From contig DASZWM010000002.1 of the NCBI GenBank assembly GCA_035546615.1, forward strand, positions 1-64,000: DNA of 64,000 bases, written 5' to 3'. Both the position numbers and the translations under genes were made by a program. Shown one piece after another: positions 25,725 to 35,788 of the stretch (positions within the stretch are counted from its first letter, which is position 1; every line of letters starts with the position of its first letter). Origin of the DNA: Minisyncoccota bacterium. Its GTDB lineage: Bacteria > Patescibacteriota > Minisyncoccia > Phycocordibacterales > SBAW01. The notes beneath the pieces are model-generated. The model had not been told where the DNA came from. It did not search any database and worked only from the letters and a program-made list of their open reading frames with translations.

Positions 25725-28208
25725 ATGGCTGACGACGAAACAAAGAAAGACCCCAAAGACGGCCGCACTGACGGCGGCACCGGCATAGTCGGGCGCAACA
25801 TCTCCACCGAGATGCGCGAGAGCTTCATCGACTACGCGATGTCGGTCATTACCGACCGCGCGCTTCCTGATGTGCGCGACGGATTGAAGCCCGTGCACCG
25901 CCGCATCCTCTACACCATGCATCGCCTGGGGCTCACGCCTTCGGCGCGCTTCCGCAAGTCGGCGCTCGTGGTGGGCGACGTGCTCGGCAAATACCATCCG
26001 CACGGCGACGCGTCCGTATACGACGCGATGGTAAAAATGGCGCAGGAGTTCTCCATGCGCTATCCGCTCGTGCTCGGCCAGGGCAACTTTGGTTCCGTGG
26101 ACGGCGACTCGGCCGCCGCCATGCGCTACACCGAAGCGAAGATGTCCCGCATGGCGGAGCAGCTCCTCGGCGATATCGAAAAGGAAACTATCGACTGGCG
26201 CCCCAACTACGACGGCAGCCTCAAGGAGCCGGTGGTGCTTCCGGCCGCGGTGCCCAACATTTTGCTTAACGGCACGCTCGGCATCGCTGTGGGTATGGCC
26301 ACCTCTATCCCGCCGCACAACCTCACCGAGCTCTCAAACGCGCTCGTGCACCTTATTGAGAATCCCGAGGCGACGGTAGAGGACCTCATGCAGTTCGTCA
26401 CCGGCCCCGACTTCCCAACAGGTGCGCTCGTATTTAATAAGAAGGACCTGCTCCACGCGTACACCACCGGCAAGGGCGGCGTGGTTACCCGCGGCGTTGC
26501 CGAAATTGTGGAGGGCAAGAAGGGCGACTATCAGATAGTCATTACCTCCATACCGTACCGCGTGAACAAGGCCGACATGATAATGCGCGTAGCCGACCTC
26601 GTGCACGAGAAGAAGCTCGAGGGCATCCGCGGCCTGCGCGACGAGTCCACCAAGGACATCCGCATCGTAGTAGACCTGAAGCAGGGCGCGCATCCGCAGA
26701 AGGTGCTCAACTACCTCTACAAGCACACGGCGCTCGAGGACACGTTCCACTTCAACATGGTCGTGCTCGTGGACGGCGTGCCCCAGACCCTGTCGCTGAA
26801 GGGGATACTGCAGGAATTCATCAAGCACCGCCAGGACGTCGTGCGCCGCCGCACGCAGTACGACCTTACGCAGGCGCAGGCCCGCGAGCATATATTGCTC
26901 GGCCTCAAGAAGGCGCTCGACCATATCGACGAGATAATCAAGCTCATCCGCGCATCCCGGGACGTGGCCGACGCACACGCAAACCTGATGAAGAAGTTCA
27001 AGTTCTCCGAACTGCAGGCGACCGCCATTCTTGAAATGCGCCTCCAGAAGCTCGCCAACCTCGAGCGCAAGAAGATAGAGGACGAATTGAAAGAGGTTCA
27101 GGCCCTTATCGAAGAGCTCACGAGCCTGCTGAAGAGCGAAAAGAAGATGATGACGGTCATCCGCGGCGAAATAGAGGACATCAACAAGAAATACGGCGAC
27201 GAGCGCAACACCAAGGTGGTAAAGGGCGCGGCAGGCGTCATTAACGTCGAGGACCTCGTGCCCGACGAGGAGCAAGTGCTCGTGCTCACCCAGGGCGGCT
27301 ATGTAAAGCGCACCAACCCCGACGAGTTCCGCAAGCAAAAGCGCGGCGGCGTGGGCGTCATCGACCTCGATACCAAGGAGGAGGACTTCGTAACGAACTT
27401 CCTCACGACCTCGACGCACTCGGACCTGCTCTTTTTCACCAACGCGGGCAAGGCGTACCAGCTGAAGTTCTACGAGATCCCCGAAGGCAAGCGCTCCACC
27501 AAGGGCCGCCCTATTGTGAACTTCCTCTCCGTTACCCCCGAAGAGCGCGTTACCTCGGTGCTCCCTATGCGCAAGAACCAGAAGGAGGGCGAGAAATTCC
27601 TCTACATGATAACCAAGCAGGGCGTCGTGAAGAAATGCGACGCGACTGCCTTCCACGATGTGCGCCGCTCCGGCCTCATCGCGCAGAAGCTCCAGAAGAA
27701 CGACGAGCTCATCGCGGCACTCTTGGTGGAGAAGGGCGATGAAATATTCCTTTCGACCGCCAAGGGGCAGTCTATCCGCTTCAAGGAGTCCGACGTGCGC
27801 CCGATGGGCCGCGCGGCCGGAGGCGTGCGCGGCATGAAGCTCAGCGGCGGCGATACCATCGTGGGTGCCGATGTGGTTAAGAAGGGAGTAAAGAACCAGG
27901 AAGTGCTCGTCATTTCACGCAACGGCTACGGCAAGACGACCGCGACCGAAGAATATAAGAACCAGAACCGCGGCGGCTCCGGCATCAAGACCATGAATAT
28001 GACCCCCAAGACCGGCCCGCTTATCGCTGCGCGCATCATCACCAAGGAAGATGGCGTGGGTGAGGACGAGATCGTGGTCATATCTAAAAAAGGCCAGGTC
28101 ATCCGCACCGAGCTTAAGGAGATCCCCAGCCTTTCCCGCAGCACGCAGGGCGTACGCGTTATGAAGCTCCGCGAAGGCGATGCGATAGCAAGCTTCGTTT
28201 GTCTATAG
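25725..28208 (+). CDS. gyrA: DNA gyrase subunit A
   Basis: Active-site region AMRYTEAKM (catalytic Tyr), QRDR-like [16 protein letters not shown], and the C-terminal beta-pinwheel repeats. 827 aa. Confidence 0.95.
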   Translation: MADDETKKDPKDGRTDGGTGIVGRNISTEMRESFIDYAMSVITDRALPDVRDGLKPVHRRILYTMHRLGLTPSARFRKSALVVGDVLGKYHPHGDASVYDAMVKMAQEFSMRYPLVLGQGNFGSVDGDSAAAMRYTEAKMSRMAEQLLGDIEKETIDWRPNYDGSLKEPVVLPAAVPNILLNGTLGIAVGMATSIPPHNLTELSNALVHLIENPEATVEDLMQFVTGPDFPTGALVFNKKDLLHAYTTGKGGVVTRGVAEIVEGKKGDYQIVITSIPYRVNKADMIMRVADLVHEKKLEGIRGLRDESTKDIRIVVDLKQGAHPQKVLNYLYKHTALEDTFHFNMVVLVDGVPQTLSLKGILQEFIKHRQDVVRRRTQYDLTQAQAREHILLGLKKALDHIDEIIKLIRASRDVADAHANLMKKFKFSELQATAILEMRLQKLANLERKKIEDELKEVQALIEELTSLLKSEKKMMTVIRGEIEDINKKYGDERNTKVVKGAAGVINVEDLVPDEEQVLVLTQGGYVKRTNPDEFRKQKRGGVGVIDLDTKEEDFVTNFLTTSTHSDLLFFTNAGKAYQLKFYEIPEGKRSTKGRPIVNFLSVTPEERVTSVLPMRKNQKEGEKFLYMITKQGVVKKCDATAFHDVRRSGLIAQKLQKNDELIAALLVEKGDEIFLSTAKGQSIRFKESDVRPMGRAAGGVRGMKLSGGDTIVGADVVKKGVKNQEVLVISRNGYGKTTATEEYKNQNRGGSGIKTMNMTPKTGPLIAARIITKEDGVGEDEIVVISKKGQVIRTELKEIPSLSRSTQGVRVMKLREGDAIASFVCL

Positions 28209-28211
28209 GAT

Positions 28212-28805
28212 ATGGATACTACCACTCAGGCGTATCTTGAAATTCTGGAGAAAACAAATCAGCAATTAAGTCTTTGGTATAACCCATATGGTCTAATGGT
28301 GGCAGTATTGACTGGCCTAGTAGCGGCACTTGCAATTGTTTTTGCTTTTATTTTATGGAGACAGCAGAAAGAATATAAAGATGCTTTTAAAGATTTTCTC
28401 GCTGAACGTAAAAAGTTCGCCAATAGTGAGATAGCAAAGGCAATAGTAGAAGCCGGAAAAGTGCTTGACGATAAAATTATAGAAGCGGACAAACAACTCA
28501 AAGATATAAAAGACTCAAGTAGCAAAACAAAAAAAGACATTGAGAAGGAAATTCAAGAACTCAAAAAGTCCAGAGAATCTTTGCAGTCAGGTAGTGCGAT
28601 TTTTCGTAGTGGAGGTGTGAGCGGCCCAATATATGGCACCGCTGCGAGTTCTATTTTGGGAGTAGCTTCTGGCGCGAATAGTACAACCGTTTGGGATCCA
28701 ACTTCTAGTGTATTTAGTGCTGTTGGTAAAATATGTGGTTTTTGTGGAACTCAGAATTATCCTGGCGCACAATTCTGTTTCTCTTGTGGGAACCCCCTTG
28801 GATAA
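28212..28805 (+). CDS. Membrane-anchored protein with C-terminal zinc ribbon
   Basis: One TM helix, a K/E-rich coiled coil, and a C-terminal CGFCGTQNYPGAQFCFSCG double-CxxC motif. About 38% GC versus about 60% in flanking gyrA. Confidence 0.5.
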   Translation: MDTTTQAYLEILEKTNQQLSLWYNPYGLMVAVLTGLVAALAIVFAFILWRQQKEYKDAFKDFLAERKKFANSEIAKAIVEAGKVLDDKIIEADKQLKDIKDSSSKTKKDIEKEIQELKKSRESLQSGSAIFRSGGVSGPIYGTAASSILGVASGANSTTVWDPTSSVFSAVGKICGFCGTQNYPGAQFCFSCGNPLG

Positions 28806-28842
28806 AAAGTTCTTGTCTTCCTAGAAAGAATCTAATCACTAT

Positions 28843-29817
28843 ATGAAAATAAAGATTGAAGAATTGCGGCAATTAATGGTTAAAATTCTTGCGGGCAAGT
28901 ATTACTCGCAGGAGGAGGCAGAAAAGATTGCCGAAGTTTTTCTTTATGCTGAATTGTCCGGTAAAAATACACAAGGAGTTCTTAAACTTCTTGGTTCTGA
29001 GCCGGCTCAAAATATACAGCCCAAGTATCTTCCTAAGATTATAAAAGAGACAAAAGTATCTGCGCTTGTAGACGGAGGCGGAGCGGCCGGACCTTTGGCA
29101 GCTCAATTTGCACTAGATAAGGCGATTTCATTGGCTAAAGAGACTGGAGTAGGAATTGTGGGTTTAAACAATACTTTTTCTAGCGTAGGAGTTATGGGAT
29201 TTTATGCTCGCAAGATGGCCCAAGCAAATCTGATAAGTATTGTGAGTGCAAGTTCACCCAGAGCAATTGTTCCTGCGGGAGGTATTGAGCCAGCTTTTGG
29301 CACAAACCCCATAGCATTTGGTTTCCCTACAGAAGAATATCCAATCGTTTTTGATATGGCGTCTTCGGCTATCACTTGGTATGGGCTTGTTCGTGCAAAA
29401 GCCCTTGGTCAAAAGCTACCCGAAAATGTCGCGATTGATAAAGAAGGAAACATAACAACTGATCCTGAGGCGGCAATGGCTGGAGCTATTTTACCTTTTG
29501 ATCGCTCTTACAAAGGTTCTGGGCTGGCTATGGTCGTTGAACTCTTAGCGGGAGCTTTTACAGGTGCATCGGTTGTATTTGACGAAGGTGACTGGGGAAC
29601 TTCCTTTATTGCCTTTAGTCCCGATCTTGTTATTGGCACTGAGCAATTCAAGAAAAAGTCCTCAGAGCTGGTAAAGAAAGTAAAAGCAGGCAAAACCAAA
29701 GCAGGAGAGAGCATACATATCGCCGGTTATGACAGCGAGGCAAAGCTAAAAGAGATCAATGATTCAGGAGAGATAGAGATTGAAGATAAAATTCTCGATC
29801 AACTAAAGACTTTGTAA
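28843..29817 (+). CDS. Malate/L-lactate dehydrogenase family 2 (Ldh_2) oxidoreductase
   Basis: Collinear with the Ldh_2 family (sulfolactate/ureidoglycolate dehydrogenase-like), for example GVLKLLGSEP...GGGAAGPLA...GFPTEEYPIVFDMASSA. Low GC. Confidence 0.65.
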   Translation: MKIKIEELRQLMVKILAGKYYSQEEAEKIAEVFLYAELSGKNTQGVLKLLGSEPAQNIQPKYLPKIIKETKVSALVDGGGAAGPLAAQFALDKAISLAKETGVGIVGLNNTFSSVGVMGFYARKMAQANLISIVSASSPRAIVPAGGIEPAFGTNPIAFGFPTEEYPIVFDMASSAITWYGLVRAKALGQKLPENVAIDKEGNITTDPEAAMAGAILPFDRSYKGSGLAMVVELLAGAFTGASVVFDEGDWGTSFIAFSPDLVIGTEQFKKKSSELVKKVKAGKTKAGESIHIAGYDSEAKLKEINDSGEIEIEDKILDQLKTL

Positions 29818-29824
29818 TAAGAAT

Positions 29825-30364
29825 ATGAAATTTGGGAACTTGAAATTTGCGCCTGCCATTGAACACCCAGAACTTTTGGCTGCTCCTGTTGCTAGTGCAC
29901 TTACGAGTTTGTCCATCGCTGATGTTGGTGTCGCAGAAATCGACCCAGCTCTCTCCGACACCGCAGCATTTTGCGAGAAGTACGCCGTTGTGCCTGCCCA
30001 GGCTGCTAATTGTGTAGTGCTTAAGTACAAAAAAGGCGAAGAGTCGGCCTTTGTCGCATGCGTGATTTTGGCAACCACTCGTGCTGATGTGAACGGCCTG
30101 GTGCGCAAGGTACTCGACATCAAAAAGATTTCTTTTGCGCCCATGGAGGAAGCCGTGGCAGGAAGCTCGATGGAATTTGGAGCAATAACTCCTATCGGTT
30201 TACCAGCTAATTGGCCAATTTTAATAGACAAAGCCGTTGTCGATTCTCCTGGGGTTATAATCGGGAGCGGAATTCGCAAATCTAAATTAGGTTTACCGGG
30301 CAGAGTTCTTGCTTCACTGCCGAACATACAAATACTTGAAGGGCTAGGTCAGGTAAAGACATAA
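29825..30364 (+). CDS. YbaK/ProX-type aminoacyl-tRNA deacylase domain protein
   Basis: About 180 aa with the YbaK-like pattern (ANCVVLKYKK...FVACVILATTRADVN...GAITPIGLP). Confidence 0.55.
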   Translation: MKFGNLKFAPAIEHPELLAAPVASALTSLSIADVGVAEIDPALSDTAAFCEKYAVVPAQAANCVVLKYKKGEESAFVACVILATTRADVNGLVRKVLDIKKISFAPMEEAVAGSSMEFGAITPIGLPANWPILIDKAVVDSPGVIIGSGIRKSKLGLPGRVLASLPNIQILEGLGQVKT

Positions 30365-30371
30365 TAAATAT

Positions 30372-30626
30372 ATGAGCAAAGGAGATACAGTACCGCCAGT
30401 TCCTTCGGACGCTCCTCAGGTAGGAGAGGTCTTTAAGCATTACAAAGGGGACCCATACCGCGTCGTAGCGCTCGCGCTCCATTCCAACGACGACGAGTGG
30501 ATGGTGGTGTACGAGCCCATATACGAAAATCCGGCCGCGCCCATGTTTACCCGGCCGGTTCGGGAGTGGGGAGAGGAAGTAGAGTGGGAAGGCAAAAAAG
30601 TGAAGCGCTTTCAAAAAACAGCTTAA
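30372..30626 (+). CDS. DUF1653-family protein
   Basis: FKHYKGDPYRVVALALHSNDDEWMVVYEP matches the conserved DUF1653 core. Confidence 0.55.
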   Translation: MSKGDTVPPVPSDAPQVGEVFKHYKGDPYRVVALALHSNDDEWMVVYEPIYENPAAPMFTRPVREWGEEVEWEGKKVKRFQKTA

Positions 30627-30631
30627 TTCTT

Positions 30632-30661
30632 TATTTTAGCTTTTTGCAAAAAACTAAAATG
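30632..30661. repeat. Near-palindromic 30-nt repeat TATTTTAGCTTTTTGCAAAAAACTAAAATG (copy 2 of 45-nt repeat)
   Basis: Differs from 10505..10534 by two positions. The shared left flank CTTAATT extends the repeat to about 45 nt (30622..30663). Its terminal ATG is the HAD gene start codon. Confidence 0.7.
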
Positions 30662-31063
30662 AAAAAGACCGTCATCTTCGACATGTACGGCGTGCTGGTG
30701 CGCCGGAACTTTTTCATAAACGAGGAGGAAGATACGGAGATGGTCGCGCTTGTGCGGGAGCTTAAAGAAAGGGGAACTCAGCTTCTGCTACTTTCCAATA
30801 TCTATATATGGAACTCGGCGCACTTCAAAAGGAAGTACCGCTTTTTGGAGCTGTTCGACAGGCTCTACTTCTCTTCCGACACTCACTTTTCCAAGCCCGA
30901 CCCGGCGGCATTCCGAATGGTGCTTGAGGAAAATAACCTAAGCTCCGAAGACTGCGTCTTTTTTGACGACACAAAGGCCAATGTAGAAGGGGCGAAAGCC
31001 CTCGGCATAGAAGCGTATGTGTTTGAAGGCCCGGATGCGACAAGAAAAGCATTGGGTATGTAG
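30659..31063 (+). CDS. HAD-superfamily hydrolase
   Basis: Internal Met of ORF 30497..31063. Motif I VIFDMYGVL (DxD variant), motif II LSN, motif IV FFDDTKANVEGA. Confidence 0.6.
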   Translation: MKKTVIFDMYGVLVRRNFFINEEEDTEMVALVRELKERGTQLLLLSNIYIWNSAHFKRKYRFLELFDRLYFSSDTHFSKPDPAAFRMVLEENNLSSEDCVFFDDTKANVEGAKALGIEAYVFEGPDATRKALGM

Positions 31064-31105
31064 GAGAGGGACGAAAAGGGATATTTAATGCTATAACACC
31101 GGAAG

Positions 31106-31525
31106 ATGAATAGTGGAAAGGGGGCAGCGATGCCGAAAATCGAAATCGACAAGATGATGCTGGCTCGGGTGGAGGGGAGAAAGCTCCTGTTCGCCCGCAC
31201 GCGCGGCCTGGATACCTTTTACAGCCTGGGCGGCAAGCGCGAGCCGGGCGAAACGGATGAGCAGGCACTGGTACGCGAAGTGCTGGAAGAGGCGAACGTC
31301 CGCATAGACCCCGCTACCATTAAGCACGTACAGACCTTTGAAGGGCCCGCCCCGGACGGCCGTTGGATGCGCATGACCTGCTACGACGCGGAATTTGAGG
31401 GCGTCATGACGCCTTCAAGCGAAATAGAGGAGTTCAAATATCTGAGCTCAACCGATAAGCAGCTGACAACCCAGATGGGCGCCATGCTCCTGGACTGGTT
31501 CAAGGAACAAGACCTCATCGACTGA
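31106..31525 (+). CDS. NUDIX hydrolase
   Basis: Nudix box GGKREPGETDEQALVREVLEEANV. Confidence 0.65.
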   Translation: MNSGKGAAMPKIEIDKMMLARVEGRKLLFARTRGLDTFYSLGGKREPGETDEQALVREVLEEANVRIDPATIKHVQTFEGPAPDGRWMRMTCYDAEFEGVMTPSSEIEEFKYLSSTDKQLTTQMGAMLLDWFKEQDLID

Positions 31526-31570
31526 CAATATTCGTTCTATACTATAGCCAGTCTGAACAGGGAGAAATAC

Positions 31571-31765
31571 ATGAGCGATCGGCGAGATTTCGACGACAGC
31601 GACTTTCCAATCCGCGGTGGGGGAAAGCAGCCGTGGAGCTTAAAGATCTCGCGCCAGGAAGTGGAAGCCGCCGTAGAGGAGGGCAACCTTCTGCGCATGC
31701 TCGACCAAGAAGTGACTGTGACGCCGGAGGTCATCCTGATGATCGAAGCAGCACGTCGCTTATAG
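31571..31765 (+). CDS. Hypothetical small protein
   Basis: 64 aa ORF followed by a strong terminator. Confidence 0.3.
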   Translation: MSDRRDFDDSDFPIRGGGKQPWSLKISRQEVEAAVEEGNLLRMLDQEVTVTPEVILMIEAARRL

Positions 31766-31786
31766 GCGACTTCGCCACTGAAAACT

Positions 31787-31812
31787 AAAAGGCCGCCCAT
31801 GGGCGGCCTTTT
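31787..31812. terminator. Bidirectional rho-independent terminator
   Basis: AAAA-GGCCGCCC-at-GGGCGGCC-TTTT, a perfect 8-bp GC stem flanked by A and T runs. Confidence 0.6.
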
Positions 31813-31844
31813 GCTTTTGTCGTAAGGAACAGGTCGGGCCATAG

Positions 31845-32492
31845 CTAGGCCGTGCGGAAGCGCCCCGCGCCAACCCACTCGTCTTGGCCCTTGGGCTTGG
31901 GGTAGTCGTAGCGCTCGCGAGCCGACCAGACGTCGACCCGGTGACAGAACGAAGCTAGCTCGTTCATAACCCGGCGCTTGGACGAGTAGTCCGTGTACTC
32001 GCCCTCCACGTACGTCAGCGCGTTCATCTGGTAGTCGGTGAGAACGATTCCGTATTCGCGCAGCTTCTGCTCGCGGAAGCGCCGGAACGCCTCCTTGGTC
32101 TGCAAGCCTTCCGCGTTGCTGGCTTCTCCGTTCTTAACTTGGATTCGCCACGGCTTCTCCAGGTCGTGAAGGAAGAATATCAGCGTGAAATCGTCGAGCT
32201 CAAAGCGCATTGGCCTTCCGAAGGCCTTCTCGAACTCGTACAGGTGTCGCCCGTAGTTGAGGCCGTCGGTGATGTGGTCGATGTAGCCGCCTGCCCACGT
32301 TTGATGGTTGTGGGTTGAACCCTGAGCCTTCTCGAAGAGCTTGCGATTATCCTGCAGGATGCGTTCGCAAGCGCCCCTCAGGCTGGTATCGCGGATATGA
32401 GTCAGGCATTCATCGATAGTTTCGTAGTCGAAACCGAGGTTTATGGTCCGCACGGCTGTCTCCCTGGGTTTTGAAAGGACTGTTTTTACCAT
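31845..32492 (-). CDS. HD-domain-like phosphohydrolase (tentative)
   Basis: His/Asp pattern STHNHQ...YIDH...FFLHDLEK consistent with an HD metal-binding site. Otherwise unassigned. Confidence 0.35.
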   Translation of the reverse strand: MVKTVLSKPRETAVRTINLGFDYETIDECLTHIRDTSLRGACERILQDNRKLFEKAQGSTHNHQTWAGGYIDHITDGLNYGRHLYEFEKAFGRPMRFELDDFTLIFFLHDLEKPWRIQVKNGEASNAEGLQTKEAFRRFREQKLREYGIVLTDYQMNALTYVEGEYTDYSSKRRVMNELASFCHRVDVWSARERYDYPKPKGQDEWVGAGRFRTA

Positions 32493-32534
32493 ACCACCTT
32501 GTAAGGTTTTAATGAACGGCGCGTCAAAAGGGGT

Positions 32535-32954
32535 ATGAAATTACAATTTTTTGCGGGATTTTTAGTAGCTATCTTGGCACTTGTGGGCGTTTGGGCGTAT
32601 GCCTCTTGGGACCGCAACAAGATGCTGGACGGACAGGCGAACCAAAATATAGTTTCTAATGACGCCTCATCTTCTCCCGCGACCGGCGGCAAAAAGTCGC
32701 CTACTTCGGAAACTTTGACCGGCACCATTGAGTGCCTCCCGCATAAGGGCGACGGCCCCCACACTATGGAATGCGCCGTCGGCATCAAGACCGACCAGGG
32801 CCAGCACTACGCCCTCACCATGTTCGACTATCCGTCCGCTGCCGACGTTGGCGACCATGTGAAGCTCGTCGGAGTTACCGTAACTACAGACGAACTTCAT
32901 GCGAGCTATGACATAGTCGGTACATTCCAGGTCGCAAGCGTTGAAAAGATATGA
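32535..32954 (+). CDS. Hypothetical membrane-anchored or secreted protein
   Basis: N-terminal hydrophobic segment FFAGFLVAILALVGVWAYA. No motif. Confidence 0.4.
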   Translation: MKLQFFAGFLVAILALVGVWAYASWDRNKMLDGQANQNIVSNDASSSPATGGKKSPTSETLTGTIECLPHKGDGPHTMECAVGIKTDQGQHYALTMFDYPSAADVGDHVKLVGVTVTTDELHASYDIVGTFQVASVEKI

Positions 32955-33067
32955 AAGCGCGCATCGTAAAAATGAAAAACGAATACGGAGGGGAGCTGAC
33001 GGTCATCCTGATAGCGCTTGCGGCGGTATTGGCCTACGCGTTCTGGGGCTCGCTGCTCATCAAGTAA
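32951..33067 (+). CDS. Small hydrophobic ORF (38 aa), not in the ORF track
   Basis: ATGA overlap with the upstream ORF. Translation MKARIVKMKNEYGGELTVILIALAAVLAYAFWGSLLIK. Followed by hairpin CAAGCCCCCGCGGGGGCTTG at 33076..33095. Confidence 0.25.
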   Translation: MKARIVKMKNEYGGELTVILIALAAVLAYAFWGSLLIK

Positions 33068-33096
33068 TAACAGTACAAGCCCCCGCGGGGGCTTGT

Positions 33097-33360
33097 TTAG
33101 AATTCGCGACCGAACCATTTCCCCTGATGCGGAGGCGCATCGTCCTCCATATCGCCCGGGGATGTGCTGACCGCCGCCTTTCGCATAAGAGCCGTCTGGA
33201 TGATGGTGTTGAGGTGCTCCGCTCTCGCGCGGTAGACAAGCACCGCGCCTCTCTTCACGTCATATCGCCGGTAGGCCTTGATCCCTGCCGCCGTCAATTC
33301 GCGGCGTATCGCCAGAACCGTTCTCTTGGCGGCTCTGACTTTTAGAACAGTCTCCTTCAT
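33097..33360 (-). CDS. Hypothetical small basic protein (C-terminal part of ORF 33097..33708)
   Basis: Only the 3' 87 codons, from MKETVLKVRAAK, avoid being antisense to the methyltransferase gene. Shares the convergent terminator at 33076..33095. Confidence 0.2.
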   Translation of the reverse strand: MKETVLKVRAAKRTVLAIRRELTAAGIKAYRRYDVKRGAVLVYRARAEHLNTIIQTALMRKAAVSTSPGDMEDDAPPHQGKWFGREF

Positions 33361-33378
33361 TGCCGCTCCTGCCGCAGT

Positions 33379-33990
33379 ATGCGCCTGAACCGACACGACT
33401 ATACCATGCGTTCGTGGGGTATACTTATACGCATGGCAGAGAGTACTTTTTTGCACCCGGGTGCGGCGGTGCGAGCGGCCGGCATACATGAGGGGCTGCT
33501 CGTAGCCGACTTCGGGGCGGGGTCCGGCTTTTTTACCCGGGCGGCGGCGCGCGAGGTAGGCGATGCGGGCGCAGTGTGGGCGGTAGACCAGAATCGCGAC
33601 CTGTTGCCGCGCATCAAGAACCTTTCGGCAGGCGAAGGACTCAACAATGTAGAGGTTATGCACGGCGATATCGAGGTGGTGGGCGGCACCAACCTGCCGG
33701 AGAACCATTTCGACTTCGTTATTCTCGCCAACGTGCTTTTCATGCTCTCCGAGCGCGGCGAATGCATGGCGGAGATGCGCCGTGTGCTCAAAAAGACCGG
33801 CCGCGTTCTTGTTATCGACTGGAAGGATTCATTCGGGGGCCTTGGGCCGCATCCGGACCATGTGATCACTCAGGAAGCGGCACAGGCGCTGTTTGAAAAG
33901 CACGGCTTCACCATGGGCCCCGCGGTGCCGGCGGGCGAGTATCATTGGGGATTTGTCGTTCGCAAAAAAGCCGCGCAGGGCGCATTATAG
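33379..33990 (+). CDS. Class I SAM-dependent methyltransferase
   Basis: Motif I LVADFGAGSGFFT, followed by an acidic motif II and a methyltransferase type 11-like layout. Confidence 0.7.
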   Translation: MRLNRHDYTMRSWGILIRMAESTFLHPGAAVRAAGIHEGLLVADFGAGSGFFTRAAAREVGDAGAVWAVDQNRDLLPRIKNLSAGEGLNNVEVMHGDIEVVGGTNLPENHFDFVILANVLFMLSERGECMAEMRRVLKKTGRVLVIDWKDSFGGLGPHPDHVITQEAAQALFEKHGFTMGPAVPAGEYHWGFVVRKKAAQGAL

Positions 33991-33999
33991 ATACAGGAT

Positions 34000-35301
34000 A
34001 TGTCCACGTTCCAAATCGTCGTCCTCGGCATCTTTTCTTCGCTTATCCTTATAGGCGTCGGCGTGTTCGCCGCCTTTGGCGGCGTGCTGGGCGGCGCGGC
34101 CATCGGCCCGGTTACTATTTGGGGCACGCTTGATAGGAACACGATGGACGGTCTTATAGAGGCCCTGCGCGCGGAGGACAAGGGCTTTGAAACCGTTACC
34201 TATGTGCAGAAAAGCGAAGCCGCGTACGAGGGCGACCTGGTAAACGCCATGGCATCCGGCTCCGGCCCCGATCTGTTCCTCCTTTCGGGCGACGAGGTGC
34301 TCCCGTTTTCCGACAAGATACTCACCATTCCGTACGGCTCCATTTCGCAGGGAAGCTACTTAGCTTCGTACGTGGACGAGGCGCAGCTATTTTTGACGCC
34401 GCAGGGCGTGCAGGCGCTGCCCTTCACGCTCGACCCCCTCGTGATGTACTGGAATCGCGACCTTTTCGCCTCCGCCGGCATCGCGTCGCCGCCGAGCGTC
34501 TGGAGCGAGTTTTTGACGCTGGCGCCCAAGATAACCTCGCTCGATACCCGGTCCACCGTGCAGAAAAGCGCGGTGGCACTCGGCGAATGGCGCAACATTC
34601 CGCACGCCAAGGATATTCTTGCCGCCCTGTTCATGCAGGTGGGGGACACTATCGTCGCCCGCGACGGTGCCGGAGCGCCTACGGTTACGTTCGGCTCGGA
34701 GCCCGAAGGCTCGGCCGGCAATCCGGCGGAGTCGGCCCTGCGCTTCTATACCGAGTTCGCAAATCCTTCAAAGACCAGCTACTCGTGGAACCGGGCGCTG
34801 CCTCCGGCGGCTGACGCGTTCGTGTCGGGCGACGTGGGCGTCTACTTTGGCTTCGCAAGCGAGTATACGGAAATTAGCCAGCGCAACCCTAACTTGCGGT
34901 TCGGCGTCGCGCTTCTGCCGCAGATAGACCAGGGCGGAAGCCGGGTCACCTACGGCGACATCACCGGCATCGCTATAGCGCGCACGGCAGCGAACGTTAA
35001 AGGCGCGCTTACGGTAGCGCAGATACTCTCGGGCAAAACATCGGTCGGCATTATCTCCGGAGCGCTCTCCTTGCCGCCCGTTCGGCGCGATGTCGCGGTG
35101 GATACCGCATCCAGCGCCACAGCGGGCGTCTTCGTGCAGTCGGGGCTTATCGCGCGCGGCTGGCTTGATCCGTCCCCGAAAGGAAGCGATACCGTGTTCC
35201 AGACCATGATAGAATCCGTGGTGAGCGGCAAGGAGGCGCCCGCCACTGCGGTAAGCGAAGGCAAGGGGGCGCTCAGCGAGCTGCTGCCGTCGACCAGATA
35301 A
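34000..35301 (+). CDS. Membrane-anchored extracellular solute-binding protein (SBP_bac_1/MalE-like)
   Basis: N-terminal TM anchor. MalE-like landmarks IWGTLD, GSGPDLFLLSGDE, LVMYWNRDLF, PxxW. No ABC permease or ATPase gene adjacent. Confidence 0.5.
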   Translation: MSTFQIVVLGIFSSLILIGVGVFAAFGGVLGGAAIGPVTIWGTLDRNTMDGLIEALRAEDKGFETVTYVQKSEAAYEGDLVNAMASGSGPDLFLLSGDEVLPFSDKILTIPYGSISQGSYLASYVDEAQLFLTPQGVQALPFTLDPLVMYWNRDLFASAGIASPPSVWSEFLTLAPKITSLDTRSTVQKSAVALGEWRNIPHAKDILAALFMQVGDTIVARDGAGAPTVTFGSEPEGSAGNPAESALRFYTEFANPSKTSYSWNRALPPAADAFVSGDVGVYFGFASEYTEISQRNPNLRFGVALLPQIDQGGSRVTYGDITGIAIARTAANVKGALTVAQILSGKTSVGIISGALSLPPVRRDVAVDTASSATAGVFVQSGLIARGWLDPSPKGSDTVFQTMIESVVSGKEAPATAVSEGKGALSELLPSTR

Positions 35302-35304
35302 GCG

Positions 35305-35787
35305 ATGAAACTATTTTTCTTCAAGCATAAGGAAGTCATGCGCGTGCTATTTACGGTGACAATATTCTTATTGCCAATCATAGCTCTTGGGGCAACTTCT
35401 TCGGGCGGCAATACGTTGCCCACGTCCTCCGGCGGCAACACCTTGCCGACCTCCTATGGCGGCAATACGGCAAATTCAGGCGACAACTGCGACCCCAGGG
35501 TCCAGGTATGCAACCCGCTCCAGTTCCATAGCATCTGCGGCCTGGTGACCGGCGTGTTGGATGCCATCATGGTAATCGGCATTCCGATAGCTATAATGTT
35601 CGTCGTATGGGCCGGATTTAAATTCGTCGTAGCGCAAGGCAATCCGGAATCCATTTCACAGGCTAAAACCAATTTTCTGCATGTCATCATCGGCATCGCC
35701 ATATTCGTGGGTGCTTCGCTAATCGCGCATGTCATCATGCAAACGATCGAAAATCTCGGAGTGACCGGCATTAGTTCCTGCCAATAA
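35305..35787 (+). CDS. TrbC/VirB2-like two-TM pilin-like protein with Gly/Ser repeats
   Basis: Signal peptide, GGNTLPTS repeats, Cys pair (CDPRVQVCNP...SICG), then two hydrophobic helices with a WAG motif. Homologous to the N-terminal region of 47773..48873. Confidence 0.5.
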   Translation: MKLFFFKHKEVMRVLFTVTIFLLPIIALGATSSGGNTLPTSSGGNTLPTSYGGNTANSGDNCDPRVQVCNPLQFHSICGLVTGVLDAIMVIGIPIAIMFVVWAGFKFVVAQGNPESISQAKTNFLHVIIGIAIFVGASLIAHVIMQTIENLGVTGISSCQ

Positions 35788-35788
35788 T

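Noticed and set aside
33361-33708. N-terminal two-thirds of the 203-aa minus-strand ORF 33097..33708.
   Set aside because: It is antisense to the SAM-dependent methyltransferase gene. Only the 3' portion (33097..33360) is free-standing, and even that is low confidence.
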